Below are positions 33,685 through 49,125 of a DNA stretch of 64,000 bases, piece after piece. The stretch comes from Dictyostelium discoideum (lineage: Eukaryota), in the NCBI GenBank assembly GCA_000004695.1, contig CM000151.3, forward strand, positions 5,280,001 through 5,344,000, given 5' to 3'. Made by a program: the position numbers and the translations under genes. Positions within the stretch are counted from its first letter, which is position 1. Every line of letters starts with the position of its first letter. Below the pieces are notes generated by a model. The model did no database searches. It saw only the letters and a program-made list of their open reading frames with translations, and was not told the origin of the DNA.

Positions 33685-33821
33685 TTTCTATTTTAATATT
33701 TTTAAAATAAAAAGAATAAAAAAATAAAAATTATTTTATACCTTTTTCTTTTTTTTTTTTCTTTTTTGAAAGGCTTAAATTTTTAAAAAAACCTAAATTA
33801 GGATTTTTTAAGAGTTTTTTT

Positions 33822-33868
<47 letters not shown>

Positions 33869-33974
33869 AAGTCGGACTCAAAATATTGAAATTTTCTTTT
33901 TCAAAAACTCATAAAAAAAATATTTTTAAGAAATAATTATTTTTAAACAATTTAAGTTTGTAGATAATTGCTAT

Positions 33975-34011
<37 letters not shown>

Positions 34012-34060
34012 GTAATTAATTTGACCAATAATAGAAGTTTATTTATGTTTTTTTATTTTT

Positions 34061-34109
34061 TGGGACAGGGATCGAACCAACGATCTTAACTTCGAATGTA
34101 ATATAAAAC
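34061..34109 (-). other. tRNA-like 3' fragment (..GTTGGTTCGATCCCTGTCCCA) directly abutting tRNA-Met
   Basis: Contains a T-loop-like GGTTCGATCC motif and a CCCA end but does not fold as a complete tRNA. A partial copy of the tRNA-Met 5' end plus its flank recurs at 34342-34365. Confidence 0.4.
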
Positions 34110-34182
34110 TGTCAAGTCAGAGGATCGAACTCTGGACCTTAGGATTATGAGACCTACGCTCTACCAACTGAGCCAACCTGAC
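34110..34182 (-). tRNA. Elongator tRNA-Met (anticodon CAT)
   Basis: Reverse complement reads GTCAGGTTGGCTCAGTTGGTAGAGCGTAGGTCTCATAATCCTAAGGTCCAGAGTTCGATCCTCTGACTTGACA. Anticodon loop CTCATAA. T-loop TTCGATC, which is not the initiator GATCGAAA. The 31-39 U-U mismatch typical of elongator tRNA-Met is present. Confidence 0.85.
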
Positions 34183-34867
34183 ATCTTGATGTTTTTTTAT
34201 TTTTTTTTGCTGGAATCGATGTACTAACTTTTTCCCAAAAATTCTCCATTTTAATTATTTAGCATCTCAAGGAGAAGCAACTAATAATTGCGTTATCCAA
34301 TTCAAAAAAAAAAACTTGTTCTAAAAAAATCTAGCAACTAAGCCAACCTGACATGTTGATGTTTTTTTGTAATAAAGCTTATTTATTAATTTAAGTTGTT
34401 TTGTTTTTTGAAAATTCTTGGTAGGTTTAAGTTGATAAAACAGTTTTGGAATAATTGACTATCTTTTGATGATCTTCTCTTCTTGTTTTACTGAGAGCCG
34501 ACTATATCTGTTCAACTAAAATCTAAATACATGGGAAACAAATTTCTAAACTTCCTTTATAAAATTAAGAGGCCTAGAAAACCTACAACTATTACTTTTT
34601 TAAATTTAACTAACATAATAAAAAAATAAGATAATAAAATAATAATAATAACCATGGTATAATAAATTGTCTTATTGAGAGAAAAAAAAAAAAAAAAAAA
34701 AAATTATATATATATATATAAATATATAATAACTAATTTACAAATATTACATACTCTAAAAAAATATTATTTTAATGTGTAAATGTGTTTGAAAGTCATT
34801 ATTATTTATTTTCTCTAAATATTATAAAGATAATTTAACAAACACTCTTTTCTTGGAGAATAAATTT

Positions 34868-34902
<35 letters not shown>

Positions 34903-35971
34903 TAAAATAATAATAATGGGATTTTTATAGTTTTTTTTTTTTTGAAGAGAAAAAGAGTGTTTGTTAAATATAATTTCAAAAAAAAAAAAAACATAAAGTG
35001 TCAAAAATTTAAAAAAAAAAAAGAAATCAATCAATTAGGTCATATCTATTTTTAATTAATATAAATAGAAAATAAAAATAATTAATATATTGAAAAAGTA
35101 AGTGAAAAGTAATTTAATGAGGCGCTAGTCAGAAAATCGCCTCTATTTTTTTTTTTTTTGCTTTTATTTTTTTTTTTCTATACAGCCCACCTTTTAAAAA
35201 AGATCAAATATTGATAATATTTAAATTAGACAATCAAAAAAAAAAAAAATAAAAAAAAATTCATTTTCCCTTTTTTTTTTTTTTTTTTTTATTAAATTCA
35301 AACAATAATCTAAATTTATTAATTGTTAATATGAATTAAGTATAGATAAATAGAGCACTCAAAAATACATTTTAATATAAAAATTAAAAAAAATGAATGT
35401 AAAATCATTTTACATTCTGTTTTTTAGATTTTTTTTTTTAATTTTTTTTTAATTTTTTTTTTCACTTTTAAATATAAAAAAAAACTTTTTTTCACCCACC
35501 CTAGAGCATTTTGTTCAATTATTAATCTAACAATTAAAAAAAAAATTTATCTCCTATTGACCAATTAATCCCTTTTTATAATAAAAAATTTTTAAAATAA
35601 AATAAAAGAAATTTACATTACAACCCTAATACTGAATGTTTACCATAACGAATTTATTTTTTTTATTTTTAAAATTTCCAAAATAAATTATTTTAAATTG
35701 TAAATTACATTTTTTTGGTCCAAATCGCACTGTTATTAAAAAACTTTATCTATATATATACTTTTTTTTTTATTAATAATTAATTAATTAATTAATTTTA
35801 TTTTTTTTTTTTAAAATTTTAATTTCTTTTATTTTTTTTTAATATAAAAACTTTTAAATTTTTTATAATTTAATTTAAATATTACACTAATTTCTATCTT
35901 ATAATTCTCTAGAAAAAGAAAAATAGAAAAATAAAAAATAAAATATAAAAAAATAAAAATAAAATAAAAAA

Positions 35972-36184
35972 ATGAATAAAATAATTCTCATTGCACTATT
36001 GTTATCAATTGCCATCTCTGGAGCATTTTGTTCAATTACCGAATGTATAAAACATTGCGAAGATACTTATGATTTATGTGTTACCCATTATACCACTCCA
36101 CTCCCACCAATAGAAACTTGTGCATTGGCATTGGGTGATTGTTTATATTACTGTAAATATCCTTATCTATCTCCATCCCCATAA
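35972..36184 (+). CDS. Small secreted cysteine-rich protein, 70 aa, with a predicted signal peptide
   Basis: MNKIILIALLLSIAISGAFC signal peptide followed by 8 Cys in 50 residues. The ORF is GC-richer than the flanks. No homolog recognised. Confidence 0.45.
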   Translation: MNKIILIALLLSIAISGAFCSITECIKHCEDTYDLCVTHYTTPLPPIETCALALGDCLYYCKYPYLSPSP

Positions 36185-36921
36185 TATGCAGTTTATAAAT
36201 AAATATAGAAATCAATTGGTAATTGAATTTTAATTTATCGTCTTTCCAACTATACTCAAAATTCAATTTTTCCAATTATCTAAATTATAACAATCAACAA
36301 GCCCCTTTTAATTAACTATGCCAACTAAGTTGGAGCGAAAAATAAAAGGAAATTCTAAATATAAACTAAATTAAAAATCCATTTCTTTTCCTTTCTTTTC
36401 TTTCTTTTTATTGTTTTTTTTTTTTTTTTTTCTGGGTATTTATTATTTTTTGTTGTGCAACAGATATTAAAAAAAATTAAAATTATAACTGTTTCTTAAT
36501 TAATAAAAAACAAATTCCTTTTTTTGAATAATTATGACACACTATCAACTGTAAAAATCGATAGATAATCACCACCATTACCACTTGATAATTCGTAAGT
36601 TTACGTTCATCATTATTAAAATAAATCTTTTTTATAAAGATTAAAAAATAAAATTTTAGATTTAAAAAAAAATATTCGAGTTTTTTTTTATTTTAATTTA
36701 AATATTTTTTATTAATAAAAAAAAAAAGTATGAAAAAACTGGTAAAATGATTATATTGTTTTGGAAGTTTTTTTTTTAAAAAAAAATTAAAATAAGAAAA
36801 GGGATTATGGTGTCATTAATTAATTTTTAATTTTTTTTTAATTTTTTTTTTTTTTAAAAAAAATAAAAAAAAACAAAAAAAAAAAAATAAAAAAAATAAA
36901 AAATTTTTTTTTTTTCTTTTT

Positions 36922-36953
<32 letters not shown>

Positions 36954-36980
36954 AAATAATTTTTTATAAATAAACAGATA

Positions 36981-37304
36981 ATGAGATCTGCAACCAAATT
37001 AATTAAAAACGTAAACATCAATAGATGTGTTCAATCAAATGTTGTTAGATCAACTAGTAGATTAATTAATAATAACAGTATCAACACTGTTAGACAATTT
37101 ACTTCATCATCATCCTCATCATTCACTTCATTATTCAACAATAATAATGTGAATAATACAAATATTAAATATCAACGTTTTTACTCATCTGCAAATGATG
37201 TAGTTATTAAAGTACCATCAATGGGTGACTCTATTTCTGAAGGTACAATCGTTGCTTGGACAAAGAGTAAGTATTTTTTTTTTATTTTATTTTTTGCTTT
37301 TAGG

Positions 37305-37380
<76 letters not shown>

Positions 37381-38500
37381 GGATTTTTTGAATTTCAGAA
37401 TTTTAATATAATTTTTTTATTTTTATTTTTTGTTTTACAATAATTTTTTTCATTTTATTTTTATAGATGTTGGTGATAGTGTTAGAGTTGATGAAGTTGT
37501 TTGTAGTATTGAAACAGATAAAGTTACAATTGATATTAATGCACCAGTTTCAGGTACAATTGTAGAATTATTTGCCAAAGAAGGGGAAAATGTTACAGTA
37601 GGTAATGATCTTTACAAAATTGCCAAAGGTGAAGTTGCAGCAGCACCAAAAGTTGAAGCACCAAAAGCAGCAGAAGCACCAAAAGCAGCAGCACCAACAC
37701 CAGCACCAAAAGCAGCTGAAACACCAAAAGCAGCACCAGCACCAAAATCTGAAGCACCAACCCCAGCACCAAAATCAACTACCACCACCACCTCAACAGG
37801 ACCATCAGAAACACGTGTTAAAATGACACGTATTCGTCAAAGAACAGCACAAAGATTAAAGGATTCACAAAATACAGCAGCAATGTTAACAACATTCAAC
37901 GAATTAGATATGTCAGCTCTCATGAACATGAGAAAGACCTACAAAGATGAATTTGAAAAGAAACATGGTGTTAAATTTGGTTTCATGAGTGCATTTGTAA
38001 AGGCATCAACCATCGCCCTCAAAGAACAACCAATCGTCAATGCCTCAGTCGAAGAGAATGATATCGTCTATCACAATAACGTTAATATCAATGTTGCAGT
38101 CTCAGCACCAAGAGGTTTAGTTGTCCCAGTCATTCGTAACTGTGAAAACTTGTCATTTGCTGACATTGAAAAGGAGATTGGTCGTCTCTCTGGTCTCGCT
38201 CGTAATGATGCTTTAGCCATCGAAGATAGTATCGGTGGTACTTTCACAATTTCAAATGGTGGAGTTTTCGGTTCAATGTTTGGTACCCCAATCATTAATC
38301 CACCACAATCTGCCATCCTTGGTATGCACGCCATCAAAGATAGACCATACGTTGTCAATGGTCAAGTTGTAGTTAGACCAATCATGTATTTAGCTCTTAC
38401 CTATGATCACAGAATTATCGATGGTAGAGAAGCCGTAACTTTCTTAAAGAAAATTAAAGATGTTCTCGAAAATCCAGAAAGAATTTTATTAGAATTATAA
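36981..38500 (+). CDS. odhB: Dihydrolipoamide succinyltransferase, the E2 component of 2-oxoglutarate dehydrogenase (DLST); 2 exons
   Basis: Exon 1 36981..37266 ends ACA AAG A|GTAAGT. The 200-nt intron contains a poly(A) run of about 66 nt. Exon 2 37467..38500 follows ttatag|. A single lipoyl domain (IETDKVT) is followed by an Ala/Pro-rich linker and a catalytic domain. The segment [30 protein letters not shown]...[10 protein letters not shown]...[10 protein letters not shown]...[14 protein letters not shown] closely matches human DLST and E. coli SucB. Confidence 0.9.
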
Positions 38501-38634
38501 ATTAAAAATAAAATTTAAAAATAAAATAAAAAAAAAAAAAAGAAAAAACAAAATTTTAAAAATATAAATATTAATATATTGTAAAATCTATTTAAATTTG
38601 TTAAATATTGTATTTATAAAATAATTAATATTTT

Positions 38635-38831
<197 letters not shown>

Positions 38832-39127
38832 TACAATAATTCTTATAAATGTTTTTCCATCACAATATTTTTAATAATCAAACCACTTTGTTGATCCCCT
38901 TTGTATGGAGAATTTTGTAATGTTTTGGAATATTGAGCAAATTTGGCAGGATTTTTTAATATATGGTCATAACAATTAAATTACTTTTTTTTTTACTATT
39001 TCAATTATTATTATTATTTTTATTTTTATTAAAATATTTGAATATATAAAAAAAAAAAAAAAAAAAGGGGGAGGGGCAGTTTGTATGGGGAAATGCAAAT
39101 GGTTTTTATTTTTTATATTTTTAAAAA

Positions 39128-39458
39128 TTAATTTTTAAAAAAATTAAATACTAATTTTGAAATTAATTTTTGATCAGATGATTTTTGAAGTGTTTTTAAA
39201 CCATTTTCAATTATTTCTTGATCAACATTTATAGATTTTAAATCTACAATTAATAAATGAATAAAATTGTAATCAAATTCTGGATGACCTTGAAATGATA
39301 AAATATTATATGTACCTGGTTTTAATTTTGATTCTCTTAACATTCCTTGAGCACTTGATAGTTCAGTTGCGCCAATTGATATCATATCATTTGGTATTAT
39401 TGTTACATGATCTTGATGAATTTGGTATAAAGAAATTTCATCGTCATTTAAAATCATT

Positions 39459-39489
<31 letters not shown>

Positions 39490-40028
39490 TATTATTATTT
39501 ATTAAATTTGAAAAAATATTTGAAACTTGTTTTTCCAATTTAATAGTATGTTGACCGATTTCCCAACCTTTTTGATTCTTTTCACATTTTCCTCCAAGTG
39601 CTTCAGCAATAATTTGATGACCAAAACAAATACCAAAAATTTTAATATTATTATTTGCCAATTCTGATATTCTTTGTTTTAATAATAAAATCCATTCATC
39701 TTGATCATAAGCATTTGCAATACTACCTGTAATAATATAACCATCCCATGAAAATGGATCACTTGGCCATTCTTTATCAAATGAACTGAATCTTTGTGTT
39801 ATTATTTCATATTCATTTTCATTTTCACCATATCCTCTAATAAAATTATCATATAATTTAAAAAAATCCTCTTTATTTAAATATTCTAATGATTCGTCAG
39901 TAACAACTAAAAAAAATTCAAAATATAAAAAAAAAAAAAAAAATTAATAAAGATATAAAAATATAAATATAAAAAAAAAAAAAGTTTTAAAATCTACCAA
40001 TTGCAATTTTCAATGTAGGTCTTAACAT
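39128..40028 (-). CDS. Class I glutamine amidotransferase-like (GATase1) domain protein; 2 exons
   Basis: Exon 1 39998..40028 (MLRPTLKIAI, ends ATT G|GTAGAT). Intron 39907..39997. Exon 2 39128..39906 follows ttttttag|TT GTT ACT. GATase1 signature GICFGHQ (catalytic Cys) and the downstream HPE motif are present. Confidence 0.75.
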
Positions 40029-40534
40029 TTTTGTTTAGGAAAAAAAAAAATAAGTAATAATAAAAAAAAAAGAAAAAATTGGCATACCAATTTCTCGCAT
40101 AAAATTTAACTTGTGCTTTTTTGAAATTGTTGTGTTGATCAGAAAAAAAAACAAAAAAAAAAACCAAAAGATTTTTCAAATTTTTTTTATTGTTTGACCC
40201 AAATAATCTTTTTCAAAAAAAAAAAAAAAAAAAAAAGATTCGACAACCATTTTTGTTAATTAATGTCTTCTTCTTCGCCAATGTTCCATTCTTTTTTTTT
40301 CTTTTTATTTGTTTGGATTTGTTTTTTTTTTTTTTTTTTTTTTTTATCTTCCATAATCCCTATTAAATTTATTTCTGTGATTGATTGTTAAAACTATTTA
40401 TAGATATTAACATTATAGAGGTGGTTTGTTTATTAAAAAAATTCAATTAAAAGTAATCAGTGGTAATTTAAAACTACAAATTTATTTGATTATTAATTAA
40501 TACAAAATTATTATCACTATTTCTATACATTTAT

Positions 40535-42385
<1,851 letters not shown>

Positions 42386-43068
42386 TTCTTTTTTTTAATA
42401 ATTTAAAAAAAAAAAAAAAATTAAAAAAAAAATTTTAAAAAAAATTTAAAATTATTAATTAAAATAATTTTTTACTTTCTATTTTTTTTTTTTTTTATTT
42501 TAATTCACTTTCTATTTTTATTTAATTTTTTCTGATTTTTCAGTTTATTTTAATTTTTTTATTTTATTATTTTTTATTTATTATTTTATATTTAAATATA
42601 TGATACTAATTTTATGTATAAAAAAAAAAAAAATAAAAAATAAAAACAACAAATGCTGGATGGTTTTTTTTTTTTTTTTTTTTTTTTTTGTCTATGGCAA
42701 AGAGTGGGAAATTTCAATAAAAAAAAAAAAAAAAAGTTAAAAAAATTGAAAATAAAAAAGTTTAAAAACAACTAAATTAATTTTTAAAGTGTTTCCTTTA
42801 CATATTAATTAATCTTAATAGATGTTTATAAATTTTCACATATCTTTTGTTTAGCAAAACACCTATTATTATTTTTTTTTTTTTTAAAAATTTTTTTTTT
42901 TTATTTTTTTTTGTTTCTTTTTTTATTTCTTTTTTTATTTCTTTTTTTATTTCTTTTTTTTTTTAAAATAAAGCTTGTCTGTTTTGTTGGTTCCTTTTTT
43001 TTTTTTCTTGAGTTCCAATACTTGTTTTTTTTATTTATTTTATTTTATATTATTTTATTTTTATTTAT

Positions 43069-43344
43069 TTATTCTTGTTTTGGGGTATTTTCTTTAAAAT
43101 CTTTTGCAAGAGCTTCGTTGACAACTAATTTTCTACCATTGATTTCATTATCAGAATTTATGGCATTTTGAACAGATTCTTTTGATTCAAATTGGACAAA
43201 ACCAAAACCTTTGGAACGTTTAGTAACTCTATCTAATACAACATAACAATCTTTGATATTACCAAATTGTGAGAAATGATTTTTGAGTGCTTCTTTGCAA
43301 ACGGACCATGGTAAACGGGTGACAAAAATTTTATTTAAAGACAT
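43069..43344 (-). CDS. Small single-RRM protein, SLIRP-like (SRA stem-loop-interacting RNA-binding protein)
   Basis: RNP-2 IFVTRL and RNP-1 KGFGFVQF are present. The overall pattern IFVTRLPWSVCKEALKNHFSQFG...GFGFVQFESKESVQNAINSDNEINGRKL parallels human SLIRP (IPWTAASSQLKEHFAQFG...[26 protein letters not shown]). Confidence 0.7.
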   Translation of the reverse strand: MSLNKIFVTRLPWSVCKEALKNHFSQFGNIKDCYVVLDRVTKRSKGFGFVQFESKESVQNAINSDNEINGRKLVVNEALAKDFKENTPKQE

Positions 43345-43613
43345 TATTTATTTGTTTGTTTGGGATGTTGAAAAAAAAAATTTTAAAAAAATTTTAAAAA
43401 AAAAAAAACATATTCCAAAAAACTAAAAAAAATCGAAAAAAAAAAAAAATGAAAATAAAAAAATAAAAATAAAAAAAAATTAAAAAAAAACGAAAGAGTA
43501 ATAAAACGAATTTTAACGTTAATATTATTTATTTTATTTTTATTAAATGATAATGATATTTATTTTATTTTATTTTATTTTTTCTTATTTAAATAACAAA
43601 CTAACGTGTATGT

Positions 43614-43647
<34 letters not shown>

Positions 43648-44203
43648 TTATTATTTTTTTTTTAGATTTTTATTTTTTTATTTTTATTGATTTATTATTT
43701 TTTGCTGATTATTTTTCTCTAGATTATCAATACCTTGTTATTAATATTTTTTTTTATTTTTTAATTATTTTTTTTTTTTTTGAATTAATTTCCATAAAAA
43801 AGAGTCGTTTTAATCTAATTTTATAAAATTAGCCTCCGACCAATATATTTTACATATTTTATTTTACATATTTGTTTTTTTTTTTTTTTTTTTTTTTTTT
43901 TATTTCAAAAAATAAATAAATGACTATTATTAAAATCTTATTTAAATATAGTAAAAAATTGTCTTTTTAAAATTTAATATTATTTTTTCTTTGAAAATTT
44001 ATTTATTTTTGAAGTGCCAGTTTAAAAAAAAAAAATTGTTTGCTGGGAAAAAAAAAAAAAAAAAGTCTGGGTTTTGAAAGTAATTTTTTTACTATTTTAT
44101 CCAAAAAAAGCTAATTTTTTATTAGTGTTTTGGTGAACTTATGATTATTGATTAAAAATAGGGTATAATAATTTGAAAAAAAAAAAAAAATAAAAAAAAA
44201 AAA

Positions 44204-44238
<35 letters not shown>

Positions 44239-44373
44239 CGACCCTTTGCTTGGTTTTAATAATAAAACTCAAATTACAAATAAAATAATACTAAACAAAA
44301 AAAAAAAAAAAATTAAAACTTTATTTATTATTTATAAACTTTTATGTATTTGTTACCGAAAAAAAAAAATTTT

Positions 44374-44401
<28 letters not shown>

Positions 44402-44407
<6 letters not shown>

Positions 44408-44500
44408 TTTACAAAAATGATTTTGATTTTTAACGAAAAACCAATGGTTTTTGTAAATTAATCCCGAAAATTTAATATGCGCGGGCCAGGCGCACATATT
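44402..44500 (+). other. Two tandem perfect or near-perfect hairpins followed by a T-run; a candidate small ncRNA or regulatory element
   Basis: GATTAATTTACAAAAA-(31 nt)-TTTTTGTAAATTAATC is a 16-bp perfect inverted repeat. It is followed by AAATTTAATATGCGC-gggccag-GCGCACATATTAAATT, an approximately 20-bp stem with a GC-rich core in an otherwise >90% AT region, then T16. The element lies 290 bp upstream of the gpdA ATG. Confidence 0.4.
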
Positions 44501-44764
44501 AAATTTTATTTTTTTTTTTTTTATATTTTTATTTTATTTTATTTTTTTAATTTTTTTAATTTTTTTTTTTTTTTTCAAAAATTGCTTGTGAACACACAAA
44601 TTTTTTTTTTTTTTTTTTTTATTATTTTTTTCATTTTTCTTTACACAATAAAAAGTATAATTATTTATTTATTATTACTAAAATTAATTTTTTGTTTTAT
44701 TAATTTTTTTTTTTTTTTTTTTTTTACTCTTTCTCTCTTCAGATTTTTCAAATAAATAAATAAA

Positions 44765-45948
<1,184 letters not shown>

Positions 45949-46204
45949 ATAAAAAAAATAAATAATAATAAAAACAAATAAATTTGTTTTTTGTATAAAA
46001 AAAAAAAAAAAAAAATTTGGATTAAAACGTTATTTTTTGATGTGTCATCACTTTTTTTTTTTTAATTTAAATTTTTTGGTGTGCCATCACTTTTTTTTTT
46101 TTTTTTTTAGGTTTTGATCAAAATTTTTTTTTTTTTTTTATTATTATTATTAAAAATAACTTTTGTGACCACAAAAAAAAAAAAAAAAAATAAAAAAAAA
46201 TAAA

Positions 46205-47517
46205 ATGAAATTAATTAATATCTGTATTTTTATTTTTGCAATTATTTGTATTGAATCAACATTTGGTTTTTATACTGATAATTCAAATGTTATTAATTTA
46301 ACCAAAAAGAATTTCCAACAACAAGTTTTAAATTCACAACAAAATTGGATGGTTGAATTTTATGCTCCATGGTGTAAGTTTTTAATTTCTTTTTTTTTAA
46401 AAAAATTTCTTTTTTTATTAATACATTTTTTATTTTTTATAATAATTAATAAATAGGTGGACATTGTAAATCATTAAAACCAGAATATGAAAAAGTATCA
46501 AATAATTTAAAAGGATTAGTAAAGATTGGAGCAATTAATTGTGATGAAGAGAAAGAACTTTGTGGTCAATATCAAATTCAAGGTTTTCCAACATTGAAAT
46601 TCTTTTCAACAAATCCAAAGACTGGTAAAAAAGGTCAACCAGAGGATTATCAAGGTGCACGTTCAGCATCAGAGATTGCTAAATTCTCATTAGCAAAATT
46701 ACCATCAAATCATATTCAAAAAGTTTCACAAGATAATATCAATAAATTCCTTACTGGTACCAGCGATGCTAAAGCATTGCTATTCACTGATAAACCAAAA
46801 ACCACTGATCTCTATAAAGCATTATCAGTTGATTTCTTTAAAACCTTAACATTGGGTGAAGCTAGAAATTTAAATAAAGAAACTTTAGAGAAATTCAATA
46901 TTGATAAATTTCCAACACTTTTAGTCTTTACAAATGATGATGGTGAAACTTTTACAAAATTCGATGGTAAATTAACTCATTCAACAATTTATAAATTTTT
47001 AGAACCATTCTCAAAAAAATCAAATAATGATAACAATAATAACAATAATAATAATAATAATGAAGAATCAACAAAAACAACAACAACTGAAAAAGATCCA
47101 GCATCTGAAAAATTTATTGAAATTAAAGATGAAAAATCATTTGAAAAATCATGTTCAACTGGATTATGCATTGTTGCATTATTTGATCAATCATCAATTG
47201 ATGATAAAGAATTAAATGAAAAATATTTAGAACTTTTAAATACAGTTTCACAAAATTTCATTGGTAGAATGAAATTCGTTTGGGTTGATGTCTCTGTTCA
47301 TGATAAAATCGTTCCACAATTCGATTTATCTGGAACTCCAAATATTTTCGTTATCAATAATAGTAAAAAGAGATACACTCCATTCATGGGTTCCTTCTCT
47401 GATGAATCTTTAAACTCATTCTTTAAATCTGTTTTATCAGGTCTTAAAAAAGCAATTCCATTCACTGATTCTCCAAAATTTAATTCACAACAAAAAAAAC
47501 AAAAAGATGAACTTTAA
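46205..47517 (+). CDS. Thioredoxin-domain protein of the PDI family (signal peptide, one WCGHCK active site); 2 exons
   Basis: Exon 1 46205..46373 ends TGG T|GTAAGT. Exon 2 46457..47517 follows aaatag|GT GGA CAT TGT, reconstituting YAPWCGHCK. An N-terminal signal peptide MKLINICIFIFAIICIESTFG is present. The C-terminal ~250 aa are a non-catalytic domain. Confidence 0.85.
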
Positions 47518-47537
47518 AAAAATATAAAATAATAAAA

Positions 47538-47584
<47 letters not shown>

Positions 47585-47660
47585 CACACACCCCCGTGTT
47601 TTTCACATGTAAAAAAAAAAAAAAAAAAAAAAAATTTAAAAAAAATTCTATATATTATTT

Positions 47661-48276
47661 TTATTTTTCTTCTAATTCTACTAAAACACCATTCATTGAT
47701 TTTGGATGTAAGAAAACAACTGGTTTACCATGAGCACCAATCTTTGGTGTTGGATCAATAATTCTAACATTTTCTGCTAATAAAGTTTTGACTGCATGAT
47801 GAATATCATCAACTTCTAAACAAATATGATGAATACCACCTGATGGATTCTTTTTTAAAAAATTTTCAATTGGTGATTTATCTCCAAATGGATGGAGTAA
47901 TTCAATTTTTGTATTTTCTAATCCAACAAATACTGTTGTTACACCATGTTCAACTTGATTCTTTTTTTAAAGAAAAAAAATAAAATAAAATAATAAAAAA
48001 AATAAAAAATGAAAAATTAATATTTAGATTTGATTATTAAATATATTTTATAATTATAAAATTAAAATACTTTACCACTGGTTCACTAACATCAGCACCA
48101 AAAACATTTTTGTATAAATCCATTGACTCTTGTAAATTTGGTGTGGCAATTGCAACATGATTTAATTTACCAATTCCAATTTTACCAATAATATTACCAA
48201 TTTTGCTACCACTTCCGGTATTGGTACTAAATGATCTACTATTTGTTAAGGTTGTTTTAATTAATTGTTTGAACAT
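47661..48276 (-). CDS. Methylmalonyl-CoA epimerase (glyoxalase/VOC fold); 2 exons, 166 aa
   Basis: Exon 1 48076..48276 (mitochondrial-type presequence, then KLNHVAIATPNLQESMDLYKNVFGADVSEPV; CCA GTG|GTAAAG). Exon 2 47661..47960 follows aaaaaaag| and reads NQVEHGVTTVFVGLENTKIELLHPFG...GGIHHICLEVDDIHHAV...GAHGKPVVFLHPKSMNGVLVELEE, near-colinear with human MCEE. Confidence 0.85.
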
Positions 48277-49125
48277 TGTTTTGGTTGTATTTTTGAAATT
48301 TAAAAAATAAAAAAAAAATTAAAAAATTAAAAAATGAAATTTTTATTTTTTTTTTTTTATTTTTTTTTTTTAACAATCAAAAAATGAAATTTTATGTTTT
48401 TCATTTTTTTTACAACTATAATATATATAATTTTTTTTTTTTTTTTTTTTTTTTTTTTCACCAAATGTTTTTACAAAATCTAATATAATTCCCTAATTAA
48501 AAAAAATAAAAATAGGAGTAAAATATTACTCCTATTTTTACGGTTATTTCTATTGGTTTGAAAATGAGAATATTATTTTAAATTGTGGATATACCAAAAA
48601 TAAAATAATTAATAAATTTTAATTTCCCAAATAGAAAAAAAAAAAAATATCTTATATAAAAAAAAAAAAAAACGAAAAAACAGAAAAAAAAAGTTTTACA
48701 AATTATCACTGGGGAAAAATTCTGTGGTGGTGTATTTGTTTAAACAAATTTAAATATTTAATCTGTTTGATCTTTAAATTTCCTTTTTTGTAAGTTTTTT
48801 TTTATTACTTTTTATTTTTTATTTTTTTTTTTTTTTTATTTTATTTTTATTTTTTTTTTTTTTTTTTTATTTTTTGCCATAGTGAGGCCAAGTAAAAAGT
48901 TAAAATATGGAAAAAATGGTAAATTAAAAAAATTTTATAGCATGCGTTATTATTGCGTGCAAAATGAAATCCCATGTTTTTTTTTTTTAATTTTTTTTTT
49001 TTTTTTTAATTTTTTTTTTTTTAATTTTTTTTTTTCTATTTTTTTCATTTTTTTTTTTTTTTTTTTTTTCTTTTTCATTTTGATTAATTTATTTATTTAT
49101 TCAAATATATATTATATTAAATAAA

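Noticed and set aside
37593-37826. Plus-strand QK-rich and minus-strand L-rich ORFs overlapping the DLST linker
   Set aside because: These are alternative-frame translations of the GCA/CCA/AAA-rich Ala/Pro linker. The DLST frame is supported by homology on both sides.
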